A DNA stretch of 64,000 nucleotides from Thermoanaerobaculia bacterium (GCA_041483715.1 JBGPGG010000002.1:7703-71702), one strand, 5' to 3'; shown: positions 8,575 through 22,151, counted from the first letter of the stretch. The notes: generated from the sequence alone by a model not told the origin. A program made the numbers and translations.

Positions 8575-9089
8575 GCCACACGCGCTACCACATCGAGGAA
8601 GCGGGGCAACCGCGCAAGTTCCCGCCGGAGGCCCTGTCGCGGATCGATAAGATCCTCACCCGCTACCCCACGAAGCAGGCCGCGCTCCTCCCGGTCCTCT
8701 GGGTCGCGCAGGAGACCTGGGGTTGGATCTCGAAGGAGTCAGCCGAGGAGGTCGCGCGCCTGCTCGAAGTGCCCGTCTCCCACGTGGACGGGGTCCTCAC
8801 CTTCTACACGATGTTCAACCTCCACCCCGTCGGCAAGAACCTGCTGCAGGTGTGCACTTCCATCTCCTGCCATCTCGGCGGAGCGCAGCGCCTGATCGCA
8901 CACTGCGGCAAGAAGCTCGGAATCGGCCTCGAGGAAACGACGAAGGACGGCAAGTTCACGCTCGTCGAGGTCGAGTGCATCGCCGGCTGCGACAAGGCCC
9001 CCTCGATCATGGTCAATGACACGTACTACGAGCCGATGGACGAGGCCAGGCTCGACGAGCTTCTCGGCCGGCTCGCCCGGGAGTCCTGA
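8571..9089 (+). CDS. nuoE: NADH-quinone oxidoreductase subunit E
   Basis: GTG start overlaps the nuoA stop (GTGA). LLPVLWVAQE, CTSISCHLGG and ECIAGCDKAP supply the 2Fe-2S cysteines. Confidence 0.9.
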   Translation: MSHTRYHIEEAGQPRKFPPEALSRIDKILTRYPTKQAALLPVLWVAQETWGWISKESAEEVARLLEVPVSHVDGVLTFYTMFNLHPVGKNLLQVCTSISCHLGGAQRLIAHCGKKLGIGLEETTKDGKFTLVEVECIAGCDKAPSIMVNDTYYEPMDEARLDELLGRLARES

Positions 9090-9090
9090 C

Positions 9091-10398
9091 GTGGAACCCA
9101 TCCTGACAAAGCGCGTCGGCAAGCCCAACTCGCGCTCCATCGAGACCTACCTCGCCGACGGCGGCTATGCGGCCGTCAAGAAGGTCCTGACGGGCGGATG
9201 GACGCCCGACCAGGTGACCGACGAGGTCAAGAAGTCGGGCCTGCGCGGCCGCGGCGGCGCGGGCTTTCCGACGGGCGTCAAGTGGGGCTTCATCCCGAGG
9301 GACACGAAGGGCAAGCCCGTCTACCTGCTCTGCAATGCGGACGAGTCGGAGCCGGGCACGTTCAAGGACCGACTCCTGATGGAGCAGGACCCGCACCAGC
9401 TCATCGAGGCCATGGTCGTCTCCTCCTACGCGATCAAGTGCCGCACGGCGTACATCTACATCCGGGGCGAGTTCTACTTCGGCGCCCGAGTCCTCGACGA
9501 GGCCGTCGCCGAGGCCTATGCGAAGGGCTACCTCGGCGAGAACATCCTCGGCTCGGGCTACTCTCTCGACATCACGGTCCATCGCGGCGCCGGTGCCTAT
9601 ATCTGCGGGGAGGAGACCGGCCTGATCGAAAGCCTCGAGGGCAAGCGCGGCCAGCCGCGCATCAAGCCGCCCTTCCCCGCCCTCTCGGGCGTCTTCGCCG
9701 CGCCGACGATCGTCAACAACGTCGAGACGCTGTGCTGCGTTACGCACATCATCAACAACGGCGCCGAGTGGTTCACGAAGATGGGGCGCAACGAGAAGAA
9801 CACCGGGCCGAAGCTCTACTGCATCTCCGGGCACGTCAATCGGCCCGGCGTGTACGAAGCCGAGATGGGGCTGCAGTTGAAGGACCTCATCTTCGGAGAC
9901 GCGTACGCACGCGGCATGAAGGGCGGCCGCAAGGTCAAGGCCGTCATCCCCGGCGGCGCGTCGGCGAACATGCTGACCGCGGCCGAGATCGAGGACTGCC
10001 CGCTAGACTTCGATGGCGTCACCGCGAAGGGCTCGATGCTGGGGTCGGCGGCCATCATCGTCATGAACGAGGACACCTGCATCGTGGATGCGGCGCAGAA
10101 CCTCTCGAAGTTCTTCTCGCACGAGTCCTGCGGTCAATGCACGCCCTGCCGCGAGGGGACGCCCTGGCTCTACAAGGTCCTCACCCGGATCGAGGAGGGA
10201 GAGGGGCGCACCGAAGACATCGACCTGCTCCAGCGCATCTGCAACCAGATGGCCAACGGCATGACGATCTGCGTCTTCTCCGACGCGGCGATTGCGCCGC
10301 CGTTGTCGTCGGTGACGAAGTTCCGGCAGGAGTACGAGCACCACGTGCTGCACAAGCGCTGCCAGGTGGGAGCCAGGGCTGCCCTGGTGACGGCATGA
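9091..10398 (+). CDS. nuoF: NADH-quinone oxidoreductase subunit F
   Basis: GLRGRGGAGFPTG, YICGEETGLIESLEG and ESCGQCTPCREG. Confidence 0.95.
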   Translation: MEPILTKRVGKPNSRSIETYLADGGYAAVKKVLTGGWTPDQVTDEVKKSGLRGRGGAGFPTGVKWGFIPRDTKGKPVYLLCNADESEPGTFKDRLLMEQDPHQLIEAMVVSSYAIKCRTAYIYIRGEFYFGARVLDEAVAEAYAKGYLGENILGSGYSLDITVHRGAGAYICGEETGLIESLEGKRGQPRIKPPFPALSGVFAAPTIVNNVETLCCVTHIINNGAEWFTKMGRNEKNTGPKLYCISGHVNRPGVYEAEMGLQLKDLIFGDAYARGMKGGRKVKAVIPGGASANMLTAAEIEDCPLDFDGVTAKGSMLGSAAIIVMNEDTCIVDAAQNLSKFFSHESCGQCTPCREGTPWLYKVLTRIEEGEGRTEDIDLLQRICNQMANGMTICVFSDAAIAPPLSSVTKFRQEYEHHVLHKRCQVGARAALVTA

Positions 10399-12068
10399 GC
10401 AGCAGCCCCGCCGCGCCGCCGCCCGCGGCCCCGCCGCCGCCTCCCAAGGACACGTTCACGGTCGTCTTCGACGGCAAGCCCATCGAGGTCCCGAAGGACC
10501 TGAACCTCATCGACGCCGCGAAGCTCGCGGGCCTGGACATCCCCCACTTCTGCTATCACCCGCGGCTCTCGGTCGTCGGACAGTGCCGCATGTGCCTCGT
10601 CGAGATCGAGGGTATGCCGAAAATCCAGGCGGCCTGCACGGTGCCGCTGCGCGAGGGGCTCTCGGTCAAGACGACGACCGACATGGTCAAGAGCTCGCGC
10701 GCGGCCACGATGGAGTTCCTCCTCATCAACCACCCCCTCGACTGCCCCATCTGCGACCAGGCCGGCGAGTGCACCCTCCAGGACCACTCGTTCGGCTACG
10801 GCCAGCAGCTCTCCAACTACGACGAGGCCAAGCGCCAGTTCCCGACCTTCGACCGCACGATGATCGGCCCCCACGTCGTCGCGGACATGACGCGCTGCAT
10901 CCAGTGCACGCGCTGCATCCGTTTCACCCAGGAGATCGCCGGCACGAGCGAGCTGACCTTCCTCGACCGCGGCGGCCGGACGCTCGTGTGGACCCACGAC
11001 GGCCAGCCCCTCGCCAACGATTGGTCGGGCTGCGCCGCGGACGTCTGTCCGGTGGGCGCCCTGACCGTGCGCGATTTCCGCTTCCGCAGCCGCGTCTGGT
11101 ATCTCCACAAGACCAAGTCCGTCTGCCCCGGCTGCAACGTCGGCTGCAACGTCTCGATCGAATCCAAGGACGACGTCGTCTATCGGTTCCTGCCGCGGTT
11201 GAACCCCGCCGTCAACGACTACTGGCTGTGCGACCACGGGCGGTTTCTTTCGGAATCTCTCAACGCCCGCGACGTCCACAAGGCCTCGATCCGAGAGGGC
11301 AACGACGTGCGCGACGCCATCGTCCCGGTCGCGATCGAGCGGGCCGCGCGCGAAATTCGCGCCGTGATCGAGAAGACGGGACCCTCCGGCCTCTTCTTCC
11401 TCGGCTCGGCGCACCTGTCCAACGAAGAGAACTTCCTCCTGCGCAAGCTCGCGGACCACCTCGCCTGCCCCAACCGCGACGTGGTGGTCGACAAGTCGCG
11501 CGTGCGCAAGATGAAGTCGCAGACCGAGTGGGTCGAGGGCGACGACGCCGCCCCGAACTTCCGCGGCGCGCGCGACATGGGAATGTCCCCGGCGAAGAAC
11601 GGCTTCGGCCTCGACGCCGTCCTTTCGGCCAAGGCCTCTCCCGAAGTGATCGTCGTCGCGGACGCGGCTTTCGCCGCGCTCGCGGACGATCCCGAGAAGG
11701 TCGCGCAGCTGCGGCGGGCCCGGTTCCTGGTCGTGGCCGCCCGCAACGGAAACGCCCTGACGCGAAGCGCCGACGTCGTGCTTCCCGCGGCGTCCCTGTC
11801 GGAGAAGGAAGGGACGTTCACGAACGTCCAGGGCCGCGTCCAGAAGTTCGAGCGCGCGTTCCTGCCGAAGCCCCCGGTGCGCGCGCATTGGGAGCATCTG
11901 CTGATGCTCGCGACCGCGCTCGGATACGGCGACCGCAACTGGACACCCTCGGACCTGCTGCGCCAGATCGCCGGCGAGGTCGAGGGCTACGGCGCCGTCA
12001 AGGAGACGGAGCTCGAGGGCGGCACACTCCTGAAGAAGGGCGACTTCGCCTGGGCGGGGACGCTTTGA
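10395..12068 (+). CDS. nuoG: NADH-quinone oxidoreductase subunit G (short form, 557 aa)
   Basis: ATGA overlap with nuoF. CYHPRLSVVGQCRMC, HPLDCPICDQAGEC, CIQCTRCIRF and CPVGAL are present. Confidence 0.9.
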   Translation: MSSSPAAPPPAAPPPPPKDTFTVVFDGKPIEVPKDLNLIDAAKLAGLDIPHFCYHPRLSVVGQCRMCLVEIEGMPKIQAACTVPLREGLSVKTTTDMVKSSRAATMEFLLINHPLDCPICDQAGECTLQDHSFGYGQQLSNYDEAKRQFPTFDRTMIGPHVVADMTRCIQCTRCIRFTQEIAGTSELTFLDRGGRTLVWTHDGQPLANDWSGCAADVCPVGALTVRDFRFRSRVWYLHKTKSVCPGCNVGCNVSIESKDDVVYRFLPRLNPAVNDYWLCDHGRFLSESLNARDVHKASIREGNDVRDAIVPVAIERAAREIRAVIEKTGPSGLFFLGSAHLSNEENFLLRKLADHLACPNRDVVVDKSRVRKMKSQTEWVEGDDAAPNFRGARDMGMSPAKNGFGLDAVLSAKASPEVIVVADAAFAALADDPEKVAQLRRARFLVVAARNGNALTRSADVVLPAASLSEKEGTFTNVQGRVQKFERAFLPKPPVRAHWEHLLMLATALGYGDRNWTPSDLLRQIAGEVEGYGAVKETELEGGTLLKKGDFAWAGTL

Positions 12069-13105
12069 CGTTTCTCGACTGGGCGATCGTCGTCCTGCGC
12101 GTGGCGCTGCCGGTGTTCCTGCTGCCGCTCTTCGTCGTGCCGCTGACGTGGCTCGAGCGGCGCGGGGCCGCCTTCATCCAGGACCGCCCGGGGCCCAACC
12201 GGGTCGGGCCTTTCGGCCTCATCCAGCCCATCGCGGACATGATCAAGATGTTCTTCAAGGAGGCGATCACGCCCACGAGCGCCGACCGATTCCTGTACCT
12301 GCTCGCGCCGGCCATCGCGGTGTTTGCGGCCCTCTCGACCTTCGCGGTCGTGCCCTATGGCGCCACCATCCATGTCGCCGGCCGCGAGATCCCGATGATC
12401 GGGGCGGATCTGTCGATCGGGGTCCTCTACATTTTCGCCATCACGTCGCTCTCGGTCTACGCCATCGTGCTGGCGGGCTGGGCGTCCAACAGCAAGTTCT
12501 CGCTCATGGGCGGGATCCGCTCGGGCGCGCAGATCATCTCGTACGAGCTGGCGATGACGACGGCTGCGGCCGGCGTGATCCTGGCGTCGAGCTCCTTCCG
12601 GCTCTCGGACGTGATCGCCATGCAGCAGGGAACATGGCTCGGCGTCATCCCGCGCTGGAACGTCATTCCGCAGTTCTTCGGCTTCGTCGTCTTCTTCATC
12701 TCGGCCTTCGCCGAGACGAACCGCCTGCCCTTCGATCTTCCGGAGGCGGAAGCCGAGCTCGTGGCCGGGTATCACACCGAGTACTCCGCGATGCGGTTCG
12801 GTGCGTTCCAGATGGCCGAGTACGTCAACGTCATGGTGGTCTCCGCGATCACGACGACGCTGTACTTCGGCGGCTGGTCGCTTCCCGGATTCCACCCGCA
12901 GGGGGTCCTCGGCGCCCTCGCTTCCCTCTCGATCTTCATGGCCAAGTCCTTCTTCTTCGTCTGCGTCTTCATCTGGGTCCGCTGGACCCTCCCCCGCTTC
13001 CGGTACGACCAGCTCATGAAGATCGGCTGGAAGGCGCTCTTGCCGCTCGCGCTCGCGAACCTTCTCTGGATCGGGGCGCTCGAGATGTGGAGGATGCGAG
13101 CGTGA
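12065..13105 (+). CDS. nuoH: NADH-quinone oxidoreductase subunit H
   Basis: Putative TTG start overlapping the nuoG stop (TTGA). ERRGAAFIQDRPGPNRVGPFGLIQPIADMIK and ETNRLPFDLPEAEAELVAGYHTEYS are present. Confidence 0.9.
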   Translation: MTFLDWAIVVLRVALPVFLLPLFVVPLTWLERRGAAFIQDRPGPNRVGPFGLIQPIADMIKMFFKEAITPTSADRFLYLLAPAIAVFAALSTFAVVPYGATIHVAGREIPMIGADLSIGVLYIFAITSLSVYAIVLAGWASNSKFSLMGGIRSGAQIISYELAMTTAAAGVILASSSFRLSDVIAMQQGTWLGVIPRWNVIPQFFGFVVFFISAFAETNRLPFDLPEAEAELVAGYHTEYSAMRFGAFQMAEYVNVMVVSAITTTLYFGGWSLPGFHPQGVLGALASLSIFMAKSFFFVCVFIWVRWTLPRFRYDQLMKIGWKALLPLALANLLWIGALEMWRMRA

Positions 13106-13620
13106 CGGCGGGGCGCGTGATCTTCGACCTCGCCGCGGCGGCCGCCATCGTCTTCTCCGGACTGATGGTCGTCGGCCGCAATCCGGTCCGGAGCGTCCTC
13201 TCGCTCGTCGTCGCGTTCTTCGCCCTGGCGGTCTGCTTCGTGATGCTGCTCGCGCCGTTCATCGCGGCGCTTCAGGTGATCGTCTACGCGGGCGCGATCC
13301 TGGTCCTCTTCCTCTTCGTGCTGATGCTCTTGAACGTCGGCCGGGAGCAGCCGGAGAAGACGGGCCGCCCGATCCAGACCGTTCTCGGCAGCGCGGCCGT
13401 GCTCGTCTTCGCGGGCCTGCTGCTCGGAATGTTTCGCGGCAGCGGCGCCCGTGTCCCGACGCCGGCCGACCCGGTCGCGCCGTCCCTGCTCGGAGACCCC
13501 GCGGCCCTGGCGCGGCTCCTCTACTCCGACTACCTGCTCCACTTCGAGGCGGTCTCGGTCCTGCTGCTGGCCGCGCTCGTCGGGGCCTTCGTCCTGGCCC
13601 GGCGGGAGAACGCGTCGTGA
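13102..13620 (+). CDS. nuoJ: NADH-quinone oxidoreductase subunit J
   Basis: GTGA overlap with nuoH. RNPVRSVLSLVVAFFALA and IVYAGAILVLFLFVLMLL are present. Confidence 0.85.
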   Translation: MTAGRVIFDLAAAAAIVFSGLMVVGRNPVRSVLSLVVAFFALAVCFVMLLAPFIAALQVIVYAGAILVLFLFVLMLLNVGREQPEKTGRPIQTVLGSAAVLVFAGLLLGMFRGSGARVPTPADPVAPSLLGDPAALARLLYSDYLLHFEAVSVLLLAALVGAFVLARRENAS

Positions 13621-13928
13621 TCGGGTCCATTCCGCTCTCCGACGTGCTCCTCGTCTCCGGGGCCCTCTTCTCGATCGGCATCGCCGGGGCGCTGCTGCGC
13701 CGCAACGCGATCCAGATCTTCCTCTCGATCGAGCTCATGATGAACGCCGCAAACCTCGCCTTGATCGGCTACGGCGCCGCGCTCGGCACGCGCGAGGGCC
13801 AGATCATCGTGTTCTTCGTCATCGCCATCGCGGCCGCCGAGGCCGCCGTGGGCCTCGCGATTTTCGTCGCCCTTTTCCGCCACACCGAGACGATCGACGT
13901 GAACAAGATCAACCTGCTCAAGTGGTGA
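13617..13928 (+). CDS. nuoK: NADH-quinone oxidoreductase subunit K
   Basis: RRNAIQIFLSIELMMNAANL and AAAEAAVGLAI. Confidence 0.9.
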   Translation: MIGSIPLSDVLLVSGALFSIGIAGALLRRNAIQIFLSIELMMNAANLALIGYGAALGTREGQIIVFFVIAIAAAEAAVGLAIFVALFRHTETIDVNKINLLKW

Positions 13929-13941
13929 GGCGGACGGGAGG

Positions 13942-15879
<1,938 letters not shown>

Positions 15880-17412
15880 ATGGAACGGCTGCTGTCCGAC
15901 CACCTGCTTTCCGTGCTCGTCTTCCTGCCGTCGGCGGGGGCTTTGCTGTTGCTGTTTTTCCCCCGCTCGGCCGTTAGCGCCGCGCGCGCGTTCGCCATCG
16001 CCGTCTCGGTCCTCGAGCTCGCCCTCTCGCTTCCGCTCTGGACGCGCTTCGACCTGCTCCAGCAGGGCTTCCAGTTCCGCGAGAAGATCGCCTGGATTCC
16101 CCAGCTCGGGATCTCCTACAACGTCGGGCTCGACGGGATCTCGCTGCTCCTCGTCCTGCTGACGACGGTCCTGACGCCGGTTTCGCTACTCTTCTCGTAC
16201 TCCCACGTCGAGAAGGAAGTCCGCGTCTTTTCGCTCACCTTCCTCGTTCTCGAGACCGGAATGCTCGGAAGTCTCGTCGCGCTCGACCTCGCGCTCTTCT
16301 ACGTGTTCTGGGAGGTCATGCTCGTCCCGATGTACTTCATCATCGGCATCTGGGGCGGGCCGCGCAGGATCTACGCCTCCATGAAGTTCTTCCTCTTCAC
16401 GATGGCCGGCAGCCTCCTGATGTTCCTCGCCATCCTCTTCATGGCGATCCGCCACCAGGCCGCGACGGGCGTCTGGTCCTTCGCGCTCGAGGACCTCTAC
16501 CGGCTCGCCTTCACGGGCCGGGTCGAGACGCTGCTCTTCCTCGCGTTCGCGCTCGCCTTCGCGATCAAGGTCCCGGTGTTTCCGCTGCACACCTGGCTGC
16601 CGGACGCGCACACGGAGGCGCCGACGGCCGGCTCCATCATCCTCGCCGGCGTGCTGCTGAAGCTCGGCGTGTACGGTTACCTGCGCTTCGCGCTGCCCCT
16701 CTTTCCCGACGCCGCGACCCGCTTTGCGCCGTGGCTCGGGGTTCTCGGTGTCATCGGGGTCATTTACGGCGCCGCGGTGGCATACGCCCAGCACGACATG
16801 AAGCGGCTGGTCGCCTACTCGTCCGTCTCCCACCTCGGCCTCGTGGTCATCGGGATCGGCGCCTTCACGACGATGTCGCTCTCGGGCTCGATCCTCCAGA
16901 TGATCAACCACGGCCTCTCGACCGGAGCGCTGTTTCTGCTCGTCGGAGTTCTGTACGAGCGCCGCCACACGCGCGAGATCGACGCTTACGGTGGCATCGC
17001 CGGCATCGTCCCCGTCACGACCACGCTCTTCCTGATCGCCACGCTCTCCTCGATCGGACTGCCGGGCTTGAACGGTTTCGTCGGCGAGTTCCTCATCCTG
17101 CTCGGCACCTGGACCTCGCCGCACCGCTGGTGGGCCGCCGCGGGCGCGACCGGCGTCATCTTCTCGGCCGTCTACATGCTGACCCTCGTGCAGCGCGTGT
17201 TCTGGAACCCGTTCGTGCATGAAGAGAACAAGAAGCTGACCGACATCCGGCCGAGCGAGTTCATCGCGGCGGCCGTGCTCGTCGTGTTGATGGTCTGGAT
17301 CGGCGTGCGGCCGAACGACGTCCTCGATCGGATCCACCCCTCCGTCGAGCTCCTGCAGAAGGCCGTCGCCGCCAAGCTCGCCTCCGCGGACACCCGGGGC
17401 GCAAGGCCATGA
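15880..17412 (+). CDS. nuoM: NADH-quinone oxidoreductase subunit M
   Basis: FAIKVPVFPLHTWLPDAHTEAPTAGSIILAGVLLKLG. Confidence 0.95.
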   Translation: MERLLSDHLLSVLVFLPSAGALLLLFFPRSAVSAARAFAIAVSVLELALSLPLWTRFDLLQQGFQFREKIAWIPQLGISYNVGLDGISLLLVLLTTVLTPVSLLFSYSHVEKEVRVFSLTFLVLETGMLGSLVALDLALFYVFWEVMLVPMYFIIGIWGGPRRIYASMKFFLFTMAGSLLMFLAILFMAIRHQAATGVWSFALEDLYRLAFTGRVETLLFLAFALAFAIKVPVFPLHTWLPDAHTEAPTAGSIILAGVLLKLGVYGYLRFALPLFPDAATRFAPWLGVLGVIGVIYGAAVAYAQHDMKRLVAYSSVSHLGLVVIGIGAFTTMSLSGSILQMINHGLSTGALFLLVGVLYERRHTREIDAYGGIAGIVPVTTTLFLIATLSSIGLPGLNGFVGEFLILLGTWTSPHRWWAAAGATGVIFSAVYMLTLVQRVFWNPFVHEENKKLTDIRPSEFIAAAVLVVLMVWIGVRPNDVLDRIHPSVELLQKAVAAKLASADTRGARP

Positions 17413-18866
17413 CGCCGAATCTCGTCCAGTTCACCCACGCCGACCTCTCGGCGATTGCGCCGGAGATGATGCTCGCCCTGACGGGCTGCCTCATCCTGCT
17501 CATCGAGGCCTTCGCGCCCGGCCTGCGCCGCTGGTTCGCGACGCTGGCGCTGGCGGGGGTCGCGGGCTCCCTGTACTTCCTGCTCGAGGCCCCCCGCGGG
17601 ACGACGTTCGGCGGACGTTTCGACACGTCGTCGCTGACCGTTCTCATGGGCCTCTTCCTCGGCGCGGCGGCCGTCCTCGCGATCCTCATGGCGAAGCCCT
17701 ACCTCGAGCGCACCGGCGAGGAGAAGGGCGAGTTCTACGCGCTGCTGCTCTGGGGGCATCTCGGCGTCTCGCTCATGACGCGCGGCCTCGATCTCCTCAT
17801 CATCTTCATCGGACTCGAGACGCTGTCGCTCTCGTTCTACGTCCTCGCGGGCTTCTTCCGGAGCGTCGCGGCCTCGTCCGAGGCCGGGCTCAAGTACTTC
17901 CTGACGGGAGCCTTCGGCTCCGCCTTCACGCTGTACGGCGTGGCCCTGCTCTTCGGGGCGAGCGGCGGAACGAAGATCGAGGGCCTGGCACGGCCCGGCC
18001 TCGCCGAGAGCCCCGCCGTGATCTTCGGCCTCCTTCTGCTCCTCGTCGGCTTCGGATTCAAGATGTCCATCGCGCCCTTCCACGCATGGGCCCCGGACGT
18101 CTATCAGGGCATGCCGACTCCCGCCGTGGCCTACCTGTCCGTCGCCCCCAAGGGCGCGAGCCTGATCGCGCTCTACCGCGTCTTTTCCGCCGCCTTCGAG
18201 GGTGGCATGCCCGACCGCTTCCGCACCGCGATCATCGCGCTCGCCATCCTCTCGATGACGCTCGGCAACGTCGTCGCCCTGGCGCAGCGCGACATCAAGC
18301 GGCTGCTCGCCTACTCCGGCATCGCGCAAATGGGCTACGTGATGATTTCCCTCGCCGTATTCGGGCGCGACGCGCTCGGTGCCGCCATCGTCTTCTTCTT
18401 CGCGTACCTCGCGTCGAACGCGGGCGCCTTCGCCGCCGTCGCGGCCCTCTACCGCGACGAGACGAAACCGCACCCGGTCGCCCTGCTCGCGGGCGCCGGA
18501 CGGCGCTCGCCCTTCGCTGCGGCCGTGCTGGCGCTCTGCCTCTTCTCGCTCGCCGGGATCCCGGCGACCGCCGGCTTCATCGGAAAGTTCTTTCTCTTCA
18601 AGGCCGCGCTCGAGAAGGGCCTCTACGCGCTCGCCCTCGCCGGCATCGCCAACAGCCTCATTTCCATCGGCTACTATCTGAAGGTCGTTTACATCCTCTA
18701 CATGCGCGAGCCCGTCGAACCCGACGCTCCGCCGGCGCTCGCTCCCGCGGACCGGTTCGCGCTCGCGCTGTGCGCCGCGGCAATCCTCGGCTTCGGCATC
18801 TTCCCGTCCACCCTGTGGGAGGTTGCGCGCCGCGCGGCCGCAACGCTTCCATTCGCAGGTCCCTGA
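17409..18866 (+). CDS. nuoN: NADH-quinone oxidoreductase subunit N
   Basis: ATGA overlap with nuoM. FGFKMSIAPFHAWAPDVYQG and LLAYSGIAQMGY are present. Confidence 0.9.
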   Translation: MTPNLVQFTHADLSAIAPEMMLALTGCLILLIEAFAPGLRRWFATLALAGVAGSLYFLLEAPRGTTFGGRFDTSSLTVLMGLFLGAAAVLAILMAKPYLERTGEEKGEFYALLLWGHLGVSLMTRGLDLLIIFIGLETLSLSFYVLAGFFRSVAASSEAGLKYFLTGAFGSAFTLYGVALLFGASGGTKIEGLARPGLAESPAVIFGLLLLLVGFGFKMSIAPFHAWAPDVYQGMPTPAVAYLSVAPKGASLIALYRVFSAAFEGGMPDRFRTAIIALAILSMTLGNVVALAQRDIKRLLAYSGIAQMGYVMISLAVFGRDALGAAIVFFFAYLASNAGAFAAVAALYRDETKPHPVALLAGAGRRSPFAAAVLALCLFSLAGIPATAGFIGKFFLFKAALEKGLYALALAGIANSLISIGYYLKVVYILYMREPVEPDAPPALAPADRFALALCAAAILGFGIFPSTLWEVARRAAATLPFAGP

Positions 18867-18918
18867 AGCACTCTTCCAGGCCCGGCAGTCGATCCCGCCA
18901 ACCGCGAAGGAGAGACGA

Positions 18919-20223
<1,305 letters not shown>

Positions 20224-20224
20224 G

Positions 20225-20313
20225 CCCCCCCTCACCCTGTCCCTCTCCCGCCCGGGAGAGGGAACACTTCAGCTCTTCCTTGCCCCACGCGAGGGGAGAG
20301 GGCGGGGGTGAGG
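20225..20313. repeat. Palindromic intergenic element, copy B (between convergent gdhA and the cyclase gene)
   Basis: cccctcaccctgtccctctcccgcccgggagagggaac...gaggggagagggcgggggtgagg has the same two-level inverted-repeat architecture as 7337-7421. Confidence 0.8.
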
Positions 20314-20321
20314 AAGGCTGC

Positions 20322-20909
20322 CTACTCTTCGATCAGGATCGCGCGCACGGGCGAGGCGTCGAGGTCCTGGAACCGCAGGGGCAGGGCCACGAGCTGGTAC
20401 TCCCCTTCGGGAACTCCTGCGAGGTCCAGGTCCTCGAGGAGGGCGACTCCGCTGCCGAGCAGCGCGCGGTGGGCCGGCAAGTCCTCGGCGTCCTCCGGGT
20501 CGATCGACGCCGCGTCGGTCCCGACGAGCATCGCCCCGTTCTCCGCGAGTCGCAGGGCCGCGAGCGGCGACAGGGACGCCTTGCCTCCGCTGCGAAAGAG
20601 CACGCGCGCCACCCCGAGCGCCTTGCGCGGCAGCGCGTCCGGCCCGACCTCCCCGAGGCCCGGCAGCTCCACGACGCGCGCAGGCCCGACGTAGGCGGCT
20701 ACCGGCGCCTCGGCGATCGTCTTCCCGTCCGCGAACACGTGGCTCGGCGCGTCGGCGTGGGTTCCGCAGTGCGCGCTCATCGAGAAGCTCGTCGAGCCCC
20801 AGGGAGCGCCCCCGCCCGGGCTCTCGGTCTCGCGCCAGCTGAACCCCGTGTCCCCGGGCCACACGGGGGTTTCCTCGGAGATCCGGCGCGAGACGTCGTA
20901 GATCTTCAT
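20322..20909 (-). CDS. Cyclase / kynurenine-formamidase-family protein
   Basis: Internal start MKIYDVS with the HCGTHADAPSH motif (HxGTHxDxPxH). Confidence 0.75.
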   Translation of the reverse strand: MKIYDVSRRISEETPVWPGDTGFSWRETESPGGGAPWGSTSFSMSAHCGTHADAPSHVFADGKTIAEAPVAAYVGPARVVELPGLGEVGPDALPRKALGVARVLFRSGGKASLSPLAALRLAENGAMLVGTDAASIDPEDAEDLPAHRALLGSGVALLEDLDLAGVPEGEYQLVALPLRFQDLDASPVRAILIEE

Positions 20910-21364
20910 CGCATGCGGCGCACGGTCTTCTTCTCCGCGTAGCGCTCCGCAACGTGCGGGTCGTAGCCCTTGTGCCGCGGGTGGACCGGCATGTCGCGGT
21001 ACTCGGCGTCGCAGCGGTAGCAGATCGTGACCGGGCGGATCTTCGCCGCGACGATCCAGTCGATGACGACCGTTGCCAGGAGCACGGGCGTGAACCAGAT
21101 CCACCCGAACTTCCAGCCGACGAAAAGCGCCGCCGCGAGCGACACGCCCATGATCAGGCAGCCGAGGCGCTGGTCGAAGTCCTTCTGCAGGAAGAACGTG
21201 TGGTTGCCGCAGAACGCGCACTGCTCGACGCCCTCGGAGGACAGGACCCCATCGAACCGGGCCGTGTACGCCTTGCCGCACTTGCCGCACGGGAAGTCGC
21301 CGGAATCCGCCTCCGCGTGCTCGCGCGACGTAAAGCAGTCCGCGCAGTAGTACTTCGCCTGCAT
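20906..21364 (-). CDS. Hypothetical zinc-ribbon membrane protein
   Basis: CADC...CGKCG...CAFCG at the N-terminus, two hydrophobic segments, then CYRC. ATGA overlap with the downstream gene. Confidence 0.55.
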   Translation of the reverse strand: MQAKYYCADCFTSREHAEADSGDFPCGKCGKAYTARFDGVLSSEGVEQCAFCGNHTFFLQKDFDQRLGCLIMGVSLAAALFVGWKFGWIWFTPVLLATVVIDWIVAAKIRPVTICYRCDAEYRDMPVHPRHKGYDPHVAERYAEKKTVRRMR

Positions 21365-21380
21365 CGTTCTCGCCCGGCCG

Positions 21381-22139
21381 CTAGGCCGGGAATCCGGTCG
21401 CGACGGTGAGGTAGGACGAAAGCAGCTCGCCGATCAGGACGAACACGAGGGCCACGTAGAGCAGTCCCGTTGCCGCCTGGTTCGACTTCATCTCGGAGGT
21501 GCGCCAGATGAAGTACGAAAGCGCCAGCGGGCCGACGATGCCCCACAGGATCCGGAAGAGAAAGAAGAGCGCGTCCTTCTCGAGCGAAAGCAGGGTGTGG
21601 AGCCCCTCCGAAGAGGGATGTGCCATCACGGAAAGGGCGAGGTAGACCGTGCGGAAGGCCGCGAGCCCCGCGAAGAGCGCCGCGCCGCGGGCGAGCAGCT
21701 GGAACGGAAGGGAGCGCGAGACCAGGTACCAGTGCCCGAGGTTCATGACCAGGACCACGGAGCCGAAAAAGAGCCCCCCGGCGATGGCGCCGACGACCGT
21801 CCACGCACTGCCGGAGTCGAGCGGCGCCATGAGCGCCACACGGCCGAGGCTCCAGCCCGCGCAGGCCGATCCGGCCAGGAGGACGCTGCGTCCAGGCCCC
21901 GTCCATCCCCAGTGCGCCAGGAGCGTGTAGACGGTCAGCAGGCCCGCCGCTGCCGCCGTCACGCCGTGGGGCAGCCCGACCGGCTTCACCAGCAGCGCCA
22001 GGCCCGCGAACAGGACCGCCAGACCCCCGTGGAGCGTGAAGAACCCCCTGCCGAGTACCGTCAACGGGAAAAAGAGCAGGAGGAAAGCCGTGCCCGCGCA
22101 GGCCTCCAGCAGGAAGAGACCGAGACCCGAAAGCGCCAT
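21381..22139 (-). CDS. Hypothetical polytopic membrane protein
   Basis: 252 aa, almost entirely hydrophobic helices. No family was recognised. Confidence 0.6.
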   Translation of the reverse strand: MALSGLGLFLLEACAGTAFLLLFFPLTVLGRGFFTLHGGLAVLFAGLALLVKPVGLPHGVTAAAAGLLTVYTLLAHWGWTGPGRSVLLAGSACAGWSLGRVALMAPLDSGSAWTVVGAIAGGLFFGSVVLVMNLGHWYLVSRSLPFQLLARGAALFAGLAAFRTVYLALSVMAHPSSEGLHTLLSLEKDALFFLFRILWGIVGPLALSYFIWRTSEMKSNQAATGLLYVALVFVLIGELLSSYLTVATGFPA

Positions 22140-22151
22140 GTGGCGCCGATT

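Noticed and set aside
10170-11897. 575-aa minus-strand ORF, plus ORFs at 17172-18992, 13918-15045 and 16186-17337
   Set aside because: They are antisense to nuoG, nuoN, nuoL and nuoM. Their composition is rich in Asp, Glu, Arg, Gly and His, typical of the reverse frame of membrane-protein genes in high-GC DNA.
12065-13620. Possible nuoI hidden between nuoH and nuoJ
   Set aside because: The nuoJ GTG overlaps the nuoH stop. No frame in the region encodes the two CxxCxxCxxxCP ferredoxin motifs.
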